From NCBI RefSeq assembly GCF_036321535.1, contig NC_087436.1, forward strand, positions 85,872,001 through 85,936,000: a DNA stretch of 64,000 nt. Direction: 5' to 3'. Position numbers and translations under genes: made by a program. Source of the stretch: Camelus dromedarius. Lineage: Eukaryota. Under the pieces are notes generated by a model. The model searched no databases, was not told the origin of the DNA, and worked only from the letters and a program-made list of their open reading frames with translations. Within the stretch, counting starts at the first letter, position 1. Each line of letters opens with the position of its first letter. This document shows, one piece after another, positions 24,251-36,150 of this stretch.

Positions 24251-24849
24251 GTGACTAATCATTGCCAGGAAACCACAGCACATTTAGAATTACGGGTCAA
24301 GTCTATCCTGAAAAGCAACGTGTCTTGTGTAGATGGCTTCTTAGCAGTATGACGTAAATGCATGCTCCAGGCAGAGGGAGAAATGTGAGTGCAAAGTGCT
24401 GGATGGGCTTTTCAGATGCAGAGAAAAAAGCACTAGGTAACTGGTGACTTCAGAAGATAGCAGAGAAACCAGATGTCGGATAGTCAGTAAGGAGGGAAAA
24501 GAAAGGAAGAAGGGAGGGGGGGAGCAGAAGAAATAAACTTGGAAAGTATCTCTGTCACTGAGTGATGAAGCAAGGTCACCCAACAGCAAGGAGCATAATA
24601 GTGATGAAGAGGAAGGTTCTAGGGGGAAAAAGATGTATGTGCACGAAGAGCCTGGTGGACAGAAGGAACAACACCCTAAGGTTCCAGGGACACTGGTTTG
24701 TCTGTCTGACTAGCTAGGAATAGTCCTTCTCCCACCAGGGACCTGCTGGGAGACACACACATCCATGACCCCGGAGGTAGGTCAGCTTACCTTGGTTTGG
24801 CTGCAGATTTTTTTGACTATTACTGAGTCCTGCTGGTAAAACTACAGGC

Positions 24850-26970
24850 CTCTCAATGTTCATAGCAGCACTATTTACAATAGTCAAGACATGGTAGCAA
24901 CCTAGATGTCCATCAATAGATGATTGGATAAAGATGTGTTGTATAAAGACAATGGCCATGGATTTGCATTTCTATACACTAAAAATATGCCCTCCAAAAG
25001 ATAAATTAAGAAAACAATTCCATTTATAATAGCATCAAAAAGAAAAAAATACTCAGGAATAAATTTCACCAAGGAGGTGAAAGGTCTGTATACTGAAAAC
25101 TAGAAGACACTGATGAAAGAAATTGAAAACAAAAATAAATGAGAAGAGATCCTGTGTTCATGACTGGAATAATTAATATAGTTAAAATGTCCATACTACT
25201 CAAAACAATATACAGATTCAATGTAATATCTATAAAAATTCCAATAGCATTTTTCACAGAACTAAAAAAAAAAAAAAAAAAAAAGTAGGGATCCACAAAA
25301 GACCCCAAATAGCCAAGCAATCTTGAGAAAGAATAAAGCTGGAGGCATTGCATTTCCTGATTTTCAACTATATTGTAAAGCTATAGATATCAAACAGTAT
25401 GGAACTGAAACAAAAACAGACTCAGATCAATGGAACAGAATAGAGAGCCCAGGATAAAGCCACACATATGTGATCAACTAATCTTCAACAAGCATATGCA
25501 GTGGAGAAAGGATAGTCCCTTCAATAAATGTGTTAGGAAAACTGGATATCCACATGTGAAAGAATGAAATTGAATCCTTATCTTACATCACTCACAAAAT
25601 TTAACTGAAAACTTATTAAAGATTTGACTGTAAGACCTGAAACAGTAAAACACTTAGAAGAAAGCAGAGGGGATAAACTCCTTGACATTGGTCTTACTAA
25701 GGATTTTTTTTTTTTTAATATGGCACTGAAAGCAGAAGCAACAAAAGCAAAAGTTAAGTGGGACTATAACTACATCAAGCTATCAAGCTAAAAAGCTTCT
25801 GTACAGCAAATGAACAATCTACAGAGTGAAGGGGCAACCTACCAAATAGGAGAAAATATTTGCAAATCATATATCTGATAAGGAGTTAATATCCAAAATA
25901 TATCAGGAACCCATACAACTCATTAGCAAAAAAAAAAAAAAAATAGGCAAAGGATCTGAATTTACAGTTTCCCAAAGAAGACATACAAATGACCAACAGA
26001 TGCTCAATATAAATAATCATCAGGGAAATGCAAATCAAAACCACGAGATATCACTTCACACCTGTTAGGATAGCTTTTACCAAAAAGACAAGAGATAAAA
26101 TGTTTACAAGGAGTGTGGAGAAAAGGGAATTTTTGTACAGTGTTGATGGAAATGTAAATTGGTACAGCCATTATGGAAAAAAGTATGGCATTTCCTCAAA
26201 AAGTTAAAATAGATCTAACATATCTTCCAGCAATTGTACATCTGGATATATATTAAAAAAATGAAAACAGTATATGGAAGAGATATCTGCACTCCCATGT
26301 TCATTGCAGCAATAGTCACAATAGCCGAGATATGGAAGCAACCTAAATGTCCATCAATGATTGAATAGATAAAAAAATCTGGTATATAAGGGTTATTACA
26401 GGATTATATGAAATCATGTGTGAAACTTCTTAAAATTGTAAAGCATTATAGAATTTAAAGAATCTTCCATTCAATTAAAAATATGAAAAAACTAAATAAA
26501 ATCAATCAAGGAAAAATGTGGTATATACATATAATGAAATATTACTCAGCCTTAAAAAAGATGAAAATCCTGGCTTTTGCAACAACACAGATGAACCTTG
26601 AGGACATTATGCCAAATGACATAAGCCAGACACAGAAAGACAAATACTGTACAATCTCACCTACATGTGGAATCTGAAAAAGTTGTACTCAGAACCAGAG
26701 AGTGGACCAGGAGCTGCCAGAGGCTGGGGTTTGGAGAAATGGGGAGATATTGGTCAAAGAATTCAAACTTCCAGTTATAAGATAAGTAAGTTCTGGAAAT
26801 CTATAGCATGATGGCTATAGTTAATGATACTGTAATGTATAGTTGAAGTTTACTAAGACAGTAGATCTTAAGTGCTATCACTACACAGACATACATATAC
26901 ATACAAATGGGAACAAAATTTTTTTTTTACTAATATTCATTAAAAAAAAGAAAAAAAATTTGAAAAAAGT
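24850..26970 (+). mobile_element. L1 (L1MA/MB-like) ORF2 3' part and 3' UTR, degraded; nested short L1 at 26389-26510
   Basis: ORF2 hallmarks 'gttaaaatgtccatactac', 'gatcaatggaacagaatagagagccca', 'cagggaaatgcaaatcaaaaccac'; nested insert bracketed by AAAAAT(C/G)TGGTATATA at ~26373-26388 and ~26512-26527. Confidence 0.92.
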
Positions 26971-26999
26971 AATTCCCATTCCTTTTAACCACATTAGTC

Positions 27000-27230
27000 T
27001 CTGGTTTTATTTGTAGTGGAAATCATGATAAAATCTGAAATGTCCTTGTTTCTTTGTGCATTTGTTTTTGACGGCCCCACCCCACTCCCAATGTGACTGT
27101 AATCATCACAAGAGCCTGGAACATCATTACTTGGTTCACTACTGTATTCTCATACCTGAAACAATATCGGGCACATAGCAGGCGCTCAAAAAACATTTGA
27201 CAGATGAATGAACAAATGAATGAATGAATG
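27000..27230 (+). mobile_element. L2 3' end
   Basis: 'ttcactactgtattctc...ggcacatagcaggcgctcaaaaaacatttg...atgaatgaatgaatg'. Confidence 0.8.
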
Positions 27231-28329
27231 AGCTAGCAGGAGCCATCTGGGCCAGAAGTCACATGTCCTAATGTATCTTTCTGATACACAATGTTCTTCC
27301 CTATTAGACCAGGGATAGAGTTTCAGAAACTGTTGTGTGAATTTTGTTGAGTACAATGCAGGCAGTGGATGGTGGTGAGTTTTGAATGATCAGTTAAAGT
27401 AAAGAAGCAATAACCAGGCTGGCAAATATCCCCAGAAGCAGAGGTGTGGGATTCGTGTTTTGGGAAGAAATGCCAGCTCTGGATTAGGGCATCTAGGGAT
27501 GGGGCATTTGACCCAGCATAGCGGGTGCCTGGTATCATTTGGGCTGTGTATATGTGAATAAGATGAAAAGACTGTTGAGTCAATCCTAGGCAGGTAGAGT
27601 CCTCATAGAGCATCTATTCGCAGGGTGAATGCCAGCAGGGAGGGGACGCCGCTCTCCAGGTTATCCTCAAGAGGGGTGCCTGCGTGTGGTGTCAGATGTG
27701 TCCTTCACACGCTGTCCATTACTCAGTGTTTCATGTGGTCCAGATTCTGCTTTCCTCCTGGGCTCCCATTTCCTTATTTAGTAGTTGCTAAGCAGAGGTG
27801 CAACACTTGACCTTCTAATAGTAAGGCTCACTTTCTGAGCCTATGTGCAATCTGGAAACAGCAAAGAAGCACTGTCAACACAAACACCAGATGGCCCGTT
27901 TCCTTGGAATGAAGTAGATGAATAACTGAGTGCAAGTGAGGGTTCAAGTCTTTCAGGGAGCAAAGCAAAGACATTAAGGGGAACCACCTGTTCAAAGGGT
28001 AGCGAGGGGAGAAAGACGCGGTGTGGCCAACTCCGCTGACCACTACCCCCTACTCTGCCAACACCTCGTTCTAGTCACGAGGCCGGAAACCTGGGGCCAA
28101 GCACCCCACGTGTGGCCTGGGATTCCACCAAAGGCAGAGAACGCTGGCTGTGGGTGTGAGGCCATTTAATTCAGTCAAAGGGTGACTCATTTCCAAGAGA
28201 ATACTTTTGTTTGGATTTTCAACTGAAATTATCTTCAGCCTTTATGTAATGTTTTAAGTATCAGGAGGGCAGGAAGTTGTATACCAGTAGTCTTCTGAAA
28301 GTCCAGACTTTCTCATTATAAGCTGCTTT

Positions 28330-28601
28330 CTTTTTAATTGACGTACAGTCAATTACAATGTGTCAGTCTCTGGTGTACGGCACAATGTCCCAGTCATGCA
28401 TGTACATACATGTATATTCATTTTCATATTTTTTCCATTAAAGGTTATTACAAGGTATTGAGCATAGTTTCCTGTGCTATACAAAAGAAACTTTTTAAAA
28501 AATCTATTTTTATATATAGTGGTTAATATTTGTAAATCTCAAACTCCCAAATTTTATCCCCTCCCACCCCTTTTCCCCGGTAACCATAAGATTGTTTACC
28601 A
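28330..28601 (-). mobile_element. Young L1 3' end (camelid type), 5'-truncated
   Basis: 'ttttaattgacgtacagtcaattacaatgtgtcag...aggttattacaagg...gtaaccataag'; approximate TSD AAGCTG(T)CTTTCT on both sides. Confidence 0.85.
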
Positions 28602-29892
28602 AGCTGTCTTTCTGACAACACTTGGTAACCTTGGCTGGCTAGATATGTCATATTTTTCAAAAAGGACCCAAAGGGTACAAATCTATACAATTGGGTTAAA
28701 TATTTATTTGAGATAGGACGACTCAGATTTAAATTCAAGATCTGTAATTACATTGCACTGAAACAAGAAGAAAGATATTTTCTTCCATGGATTTTAGTTA
28801 TTTTAAGATTTCTCAGAAAAGGCATATATGAAGTTACCCATCTCTCCTTTGCTTTTGGTTTTGGTGAAGTGAGTGAGACTCAAAGTGAGGTGAATACCAG
28901 GGATTAGATCTAAAGTGACTCCAGCAAGGTCAAAGTGGGAAGATATTGTTGGGTTGAGGATAACACAGACCAGCATACTGTAGTCATCCTTGTCCTCTGT
29001 GTGGCCTTACGTAACAGCTTCCCCATCTCAAATGAAAACAAGGTTCAGTTCACTTAAGATTAAATTGATGGAAAATAGCATCACTACATTGATTTACTTA
29101 AGATTAAGTGCACTGGAAAGAAATCACTATAATCTGGAAATTGTAATAGTGGAAAGAAATAGAATCGAAGTTAGGGTGTAGTTTGGAAGGAAGATGCGGT
29201 AATCATGTAAACAAAGGCCCAAGTGGAATATTGAGGAAGAAAGCGCAGGGTGATGTTGAAGTGATATATGAGTGTCCTCACCAGGCACCAAGCAAGTGAA
29301 ATGCCCAGCTTGTCCGCTTCCTACCTGAGCAACCTGCATTGCAAGAGCGGCAGCGGCCAGACAGAGCAGTGGCACTGCTCACACTCCATTCCAGGCTGGA
29401 AAAAGTTTGGCTGCTTGGGCTGGTGGATTCGCTTTGCATCACAAAGGAACGCCCAAACAGGAAGGAAACAGCCTGTGATGGACAGAGATACACCGGGTTA
29501 TGGGACAGGACTCTTCCCCAAGCATGAAATTTGGTCTGTTCTCCTTGCCGGGTAATATTTAGACGGCACAAAGAAGTTGACAGAGGATTGCTTGATTGTG
29601 GAGATTACCTATTGACATTTTTATGTAGGGGATTGAGTTGAGCTGGGATAGATTATGAGTCAAACAGGTTTTCAGGGGCAAAGGAAAAGATGTAAGACCA
29701 AGACAGCCCTCCTTGACCTGTTCACAAATGCCTGAAATATTGAATATGAAAGGACAATGAGAGGGGACCACTGGCCTCTACTGAATACCAGGGACCTTGA
29801 ATATATGGTCTCGTTTGCTCCCGATAGCAATGCCATCATGTCATAGGATTATTATCTCCTTTTTACAAAAAGACGGTGAGACTCAGACAGAT

Positions 29893-30326
29893 TGTGATGG
29901 GTAATTTTACATGTCAACGTCACTGGGCCAAGGTGGGGTCCCATATACTTGGTCAAACATAATTCTGGCTGTTTCTATGAGGTTGTCTGAATGAGATTAA
30001 CATGTAAATCAGTCAACTGAGTAAAGCAAGATAGCTCTCCTGGTTGCGGGTGGGAGTGGGCCTCGTCCAATCAGGTGACTGCCTGAATAGAGCGAAAGGG
30101 CTGACCCTTCCATGAGTAAAAGAGAATTCTTTTAGCCTGACTGTCTTTGAACTGTGACCCAGGCTTTTTCCTGCCTTCAGACTTGACCTGAACTCCACTC
30201 TTTCTGGGGTTTGAGCCTGCTGGCTTTTGGACTAGATCTATACCATCAGCTTTCCTGGGGCTGCACTTCTGACCTACCCTGTAGATCTTGGGACTTGTCA
30301 GTCTCCATAATCACATGAGCCAATTC

Positions 30327-30365
<39 letters not shown>

Positions 30366-30439
30366 ACATATGTGTTTGTGTGTATGTACACACTTATATC
30401 CGATTGGTCTTGCTTTTCTGGAGAACCCTGATTAACACA
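29893..30439 (+). mobile_element. MLT2-type ERVL solo LTR interrupting a minus-strand MIR
   Basis: Starts TGTGATGGGTAATTTTACATGTCAAC and ends 'ctggagaaccctgattaacaca'; TSD CAGAT/CAGGT; MIR halves at ~29790-29892 and ~30440-30515. Confidence 0.9.
30330..30364. repeat. (GT)n microsatellite, ~17 units
   Basis: Perfect GT run inside the MLT2 LTR. Confidence 0.97.
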
Positions 30440-31509
30440 CAGGTTAAGCACATGGCCTGAGTGACACAGACAGTGAGCAGAAGAGCCAGAATTCCAACCC
30501 AGGCCTGTCTGGCTCATTTTAAATTTATTTTGAAATGTAAACAGGTAATAACAGATAAACGTAAATAGGTGATAACACGTGAGAAGCTGAGAGCAACTCT
30601 AAGCTTGTATGAGTCTAGAATGTGACAGGGCAAAAGTGTAAATATCAGAGCACTGAGATCTGAAATGAGTGAACAAAAATATTGGAGGAGGCTAAAGGGT
30701 GCAGCAACTCCCCAGACTTCTCCTGGGCTCAGCCTCTCTGATATGAGATGGTGACCATGCTATTAACCACCATTTCTCAAGCCCCTCCTACATACAGTCA
30801 AACACTTTCCACACATTCAGTGTTTACAATAATCTTATAGGGTAGATATGATGGTTCCAATTTTGCCTATAAGTTCATACAATTAGCAAGTGGCAGAGGC
30901 AGGATTCAAACTCAGGTCTCTGGTTCCAGAGTCCATGCTTTTCCCATGAAGTCTGACCTGAGCTCTGGCGACCTGATCCTGAAGCAAGATGCCCCCAGCA
31001 TTGGCCCACCACCACTCTTAACGTTTAAGTGATGCTCATACTCCTTGCAGGATAAGTTGTTGCCGGACATGTGTAAAATGTGACATAAATATTATATAAT
31101 TTCCTAAACCAATTCCTGGATTAAATCCAGACTTATTGCCTAAATGGTCAGTAGGTAAGGAATCTGGCTACAGAAAGGAAAGAAAACCAAGGAAGGGAAA
31201 AAGATCAAGGCTGAGAGATTCACAGCCACTCGAGTTAAAGAGGTGCTTGCTAATAATAACTGTTCCTGTGAGTTATGAAAGTAGGTTCTGAAAATATAAG
31301 AGAAAACTTATCCATTTAGAAGTATTGAGCCTTAATAATCACAAAAGAACCATTGTCACGAAGCCAGTGAATCAATAGTATAAAGTCTTTCTTTTGTGTT
31401 GGACTTCACTGTAAGCTTCATAAGGAATTGAGGGGGTAGGGGACTGGCTTTGGGAGGGAGGAATGGTCGCTGATGGGGAGCATAATAAAAATAAAAATAA
31501 AAAGTTTCA

Positions 31510-31695
31510 TGTATAGCTAATTTCACGGAATCTAAGATGATGTCAAGTGTGAGATTCAATGTTATTTTATGTACTACAAAGAAAGAAAAATTGCTGACAA
31601 ATATAATTGAGAGACACCATGCATTATAAGATATTCTGATTTCAGAAATGTTAAAAATGCAAAGAAGTGTCTTAGATTCAATTAAATATCATACG
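31510..31695. mobile_element. MamRep434/Tigger-type ancient DNA transposon
   Basis: 'atttcacggaatctaagatg...attttatgtactac...tgatttcagaaatgttaaaa...tcttagattcaattaaatat'. Confidence 0.55.
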
Positions 31696-32659
31696 TAGCA
31701 GAGAGAGAGAGAACCTATTAATAGTCTCTTTCAAGGCCAAGAGTCAGAACAAGTCTTCGAACAAGATGTTTCAAACACAAATTTACTCGAAGTGTGTATT
31801 TGTTAGTTTCTATAACATTTTGTAAAGAAAATTAAAACACATTTGTATGTTTCTTTGATCTGTTTTCTCTTTTTTTTTTTCCTTCATGGTCAACCCGTAG
31901 TTTAAAAGAAAAATTCTCTCTCCATTAAAAAAATGTTTTTCCCACTTTAGAAAATGTCTTTCTATAGGTCACTCCTGTTCACCACCATCATTCTAATCTT
32001 TCCTCACAGAACCGAGAGCCTGAAAATGTCAACATTATATGTCAAGAACTTCAAAGGCATAGATTTCTACAATTTGACACCACAGCTCTGAGACAGTGAA
32101 ATGGGCTTTATGAAGAAATACGCTGTGTTATAACCCTTGTGCTGTGGGCACTCGTAACTCAGAAGGCTTGACTTGCCTTCTGGGAATCAAACACACTTCC
32201 TCACTCAGCCCTCCTCTCTGCAACCTGGGACGTACCCACCTACGAAAGAGTCGCCCTTTTTGTTTACAAGCGTTTCAACAAGAAAATGTTAGAAAGGAAT
32301 TTAGTTAAGCTAAGCAAAGGAAGAGGAAAATAAATGGCCATTACTTTTTCAGCAGAAGACGTGGTAACCAAAAGTTCTCCATTATGAGGGTTGCTCAAAA
32401 CCTTGCCAGATGTATTTCCCAAAGGAAAGGAAAGATCTTTCCGTTGGGGGTTCTCAGGGCTCTGTTGCACCACACTCCCCTCATGAGATTTGCTCATCTT
32501 CCTCGCTGGCAGGGCCATCTGGCTGGTGTGAGCCAGTGTTCTCCCACCATCCTTGGGGGTCCCAGGCCAGTGGTTCTCAGCATAACTTTTTGCTCGCTAT
32601 ATGGCAGTTGTCGGATGCTGTTCCCACAAAAGACATACTCTCTTGTGCATTCTCAAATT

Positions 32660-33000
32660 ATTCATTCAGCAAATCATACATTGTGCACCAACTATTCACC
32701 AGACATCCTTCTAAGCACTGGGATTAGGCAGCATGGACAAATGCAAAGTCCCCACCTTCACAGAGCTTATTCTGCTGAGAAAATACAGAAAATAAATGAA
32801 TAAACAAGTCAGGACACAATGTGACAAATAGCAGTAAGTGCTATGTGGGAAAAAGGAAAGTAGAATTTTTTTAAAAAAGCAGTTTGCTATTGAAGGCTTT
32901 AGTAATAAGAGGATTTTTGAGTAGAGACTTACTGGATGTGATGTCATGTGGCAGAAGAACATTACAGAAGGTATAGCAAGTGCAAAGGCCCTGTCATCAC
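32660..33000 (-). mobile_element. L2 fragment
   Basis: 'attcattcagcaaat...ctaagcactggga...cagagcttattct...agcaagtgcaaaggccctg'. Confidence 0.75.
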
Positions 33001-33374
33001 CTTAAGAATTAGACAGAAGACAAAGGGGGATGAAAGTGTAGGGTTTGGACTATTTATTAAAGCTCTTGCAAATCATTTAACAGTATTTAAATGTTTTTTT
33101 CACAAAGAAAAGAGAATTTATATGTATGTCCTAAGTTTTGAAAGTTGATCATGTTTAATAGACTATCTTGATTTTTTAAGCCCATTACTCCAAAAGTAAC
33201 ATTGATAAGTAAACAAATATGTACTGTTGAAGAATACTTAAAAAAATAGAGTTTCTTTTAGTCTAACATTGATATCTAACATGTCAGCATGAATGGAATA
33301 TTAGAAATTTCACCTGCATCATCATCTCATTGATATAGTCATAAGTGTTGTAGTTTTACTAACATATGTTTATA

Positions 33375-33717
33375 GAAGGAGTTGGCAAACTACAGGCTGT
33401 GGGCCAAATCTGGTCCCCCATCTGTTTTTGTGTGGCCTGCTAGCTAAGAATGGATTTTACATTTTTAAATGTTGGTGGAGGAGTGGGAATCTGAGGAGGA
33501 ATAATATTTCATGACATGTTGGAATGATGTAAAATGTAAATGTCAGTGTCTTAAAGTCTGGTCAAAGCACAGCCACACCCATTCATTTACCTATTGTCTG
33601 TACCTGCTTTTGTGCTACAAAGACAGATCTGAGTAGTTGTAACAGAGGCTATATGCATGCAAAAACCTCAAATACTTATTGTCTGGTCCATTAAAGAAAA
33701 AGTTTGCTGACCTCTAG
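33375..33717. mobile_element. MER58B-like hAT-Charlie element
   Basis: 'gagttggcaaactacaggctgtgggccaaatctgg...gctaagaatggattttacattttt...gaaaaagtttgctgacctct' with TIR-like ends. Confidence 0.82.
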
Positions 33718-33779
33718 TTCACAGCATCCTTCTTATTTCCATATAAATAGGTGTAGATGCTTTGAGTTTTGAGGGCAGC

Positions 33780-35740
33780 TTTATGGAGATAAATTTACAT
33801 ATGATACAACACATCTATTTTAGAGGTAGAGTTTAATGAGTTTTGACGAATGTGGCAGTCATGTAACTACCACCAAAATAGATACAGAACATTTTCATTA
33901 CTCTAAATGCTGCTTCATGGCTCTTTGAGGTCAATCTACTTCCCAACACACTGACCCCTGGGAACCACTGATTTGCTTTGTATTACCAGAATTTTGCTTT
34001 TTCTAGAACAGTATGTAAATAGAATAATAGTCCTTTGTGCTTTGTAAATTTAACATCATGCAATATAGCCCATGTATCATTAGTTCTTTTCTTTTTACTG
34101 CTAATTACTATTCCACTGTATGGATATACCATAATTTGTTTATTCATTCATGTATTGATGAACATTTGCATTATTTCCAGTTCAGGGATCTTATTAATAA
34201 AACTGAAAAGAACATTCACACATAAGTCTTCATATGTTTTCATTTCTCTTGGGCAAATATGTAGGAAGGGACTTGCTAAGTCATATGGTAAATCACCTAG
34301 TTTTTAAGAAGTTGCCAACCTCTTTTTCAACATGGCTGTATTATTTTCATTGTCAGCAATGATAAATGAGAGTTACAATTGCTCTGCACCCTTGCCAACA
34401 ATTGGTATTATCAGTCTTTTTTAATTTAGTCATTCAGGTAGGTATATTATGGTACACCATTTGGTTTTAAGTTGTATTTCTCTAATGGTTAATGATTTTG
34501 AGCATCTTTTCATGTATTTGTTTACCATCCATATATATATTTTTGATAAAGTATCTGTTGAAATCTGTCGCCAATTTTTTATTTGGTAGCTTGTCTTCTG
34601 TTTGTTGAGTTGAAATCTTTTTTTATGTATCCTAAATACAAGTCTTTTAGCAGATATATTTTTGCAAATATATTCCTTTTATTAATGGTGTCTCTTAAAG
34701 AGTGACATCTTCAATGAAATCAAATTTAGTATTTTTTCTTTTATACTTTCTTCTTTTTGAATTTTGTTTTAAAAATTGTTCACTTAACCTCAGATCACGA
34801 AGCCTTTCTCTATGTTTCCTTCCAGAATTTTATAGTATTATGTTTTACACCTAGATCTATGAACCATTTTGAGTTAATTTTTGTTTACGATGTTAGATAA
34901 TAAATGAGATCCCATTTTTTTTTTTTTTTTGGTGGAGGAGGAACATATGGATAGCCAATAGTTTTTGTAGCATTTATTGAAAAGATTGTCCTTTCCCCCT
35001 GAATTTTCTTGACAGTTTTGAAAAAAAAAATCAATTAGCCATTTCAGCACTCTATACTATACCTTTGATTTATTTATCTATATTTATGCTAATATGACAC
35101 TGTCTTTATTACTGTAGCTTTATAACAGGTATTGAATCAGGTGGTATAAAAACTTGGTTTTTTTTAATAAAAAAATTTTTGGCTACTATAGGTCTTTTGC
35201 ATTTCCATATAAATTTTAGAATCAGCTTGTCAATTTCTATTTAAAAAGACTGTTGGCTTTTGATTATGATAAATTGAATCTATAGACTAACTTGGAGAGA
35301 TTTGACATTTGAACAAATTTTAGTCTTCTAACTATGAATCTCTTATATCTCCCCTTTAATTTTCAGGTTCCAGGTCTTACATGTATTTTGTTAAATTAAT
35401 CCCTGAGAATTTCATATTCTCAATGCTGTTTTAAATAGTACTGGCTTTAAATTGCAATGTATAATTACTCATTGCTAGTGTCTAGAAATACAATTGGAAT
35501 CTGTACATTGATTTTTGTCCTGCAACGTTACTATAAACTTATGTATTAGTTCTAATAGGGTTTTTGAAAATAGATTTCTTGGAATTTTCTATCTTCTTTC
35601 TAGAAGGTTATATTGTCCTTTATTAAAAACAGTTTTTCTTTCCAATCTCTGTGTCTTTTACTTGTAGTTCTTGCATGATGACCTTGGTGAGGACCTACAA
35701 TGTTGAATAGAAATGGTGAGAGCAGACATTTTTATCCCAT
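33780..35740 (-). mobile_element. Old L1 (L1MB/ME-like) 3' UTR and ORF2 remnant
   Basis: 'aaccactgatttgcttt', 'tggatataccataatttgtttattcattc', 'ttgcatttccatataaattttagaatcagcttgtcaatttc', 'aatgttgaatagaaatggtgagagcagacat'. Confidence 0.88.
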
Positions 35741-35941
35741 CCTCAGTCCCAAAAATGAGTGGGGCTAGCTTAATGCACAGGGGCACAAAAAACTTAAAAG
35801 CATAAAGCATGTCGTTTGGTCTTGGTCTGTGTCTTCTCTTGGCTCTACCTTCCTATATGTTGGCATCACCATCAGGCAGATTTTCTTCCTATAAAGTCCC
35901 CCGGCACTTTCAGGGACACATCTCACAGTTTCATTCTAGTG

Positions 35942-36150
35942 AAGTGGTTCTCAACTGTGGGAAGTTTTGTTCCCCTCTCCCCCTGGAGAGGGAGACATTT
36001 TAGATGATCACAAACGGAGATGGGAAAGCTGCTATTAGCAACTAGTAGGTTCAATCCAGGGATGCTGTTAAACATTTTATAATGATTAGGACAGCCCCCC
36101 ACAACAAAGAATAACCTATATGTCAGTAGAGTCATGGCTGAGAAATGGTG
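35942..36150. mobile_element. MER20 hAT-Charlie element, nested in a diverged MaLR-like LTR
   Basis: 'agtggttctcaact...ccagggatgctgttaaacattttataatg...aggacagcccccacaacaaagaat'. Confidence 0.85.

Noticed and set aside
24960..26680. Coding ORFs at 25066-25353 and 26483-26677
   Set aside because: These are translations of degraded L1 sequence with many stops and frameshifts, as is the ORF at 61957-62163.
31990..32160. Splice acceptor (branch-like TTCTAAT, AG at 32008-32009) suggesting an exon
   Set aside because: No strong downstream donor, and the frames I read give short unrecognisable peptides that end in stops.
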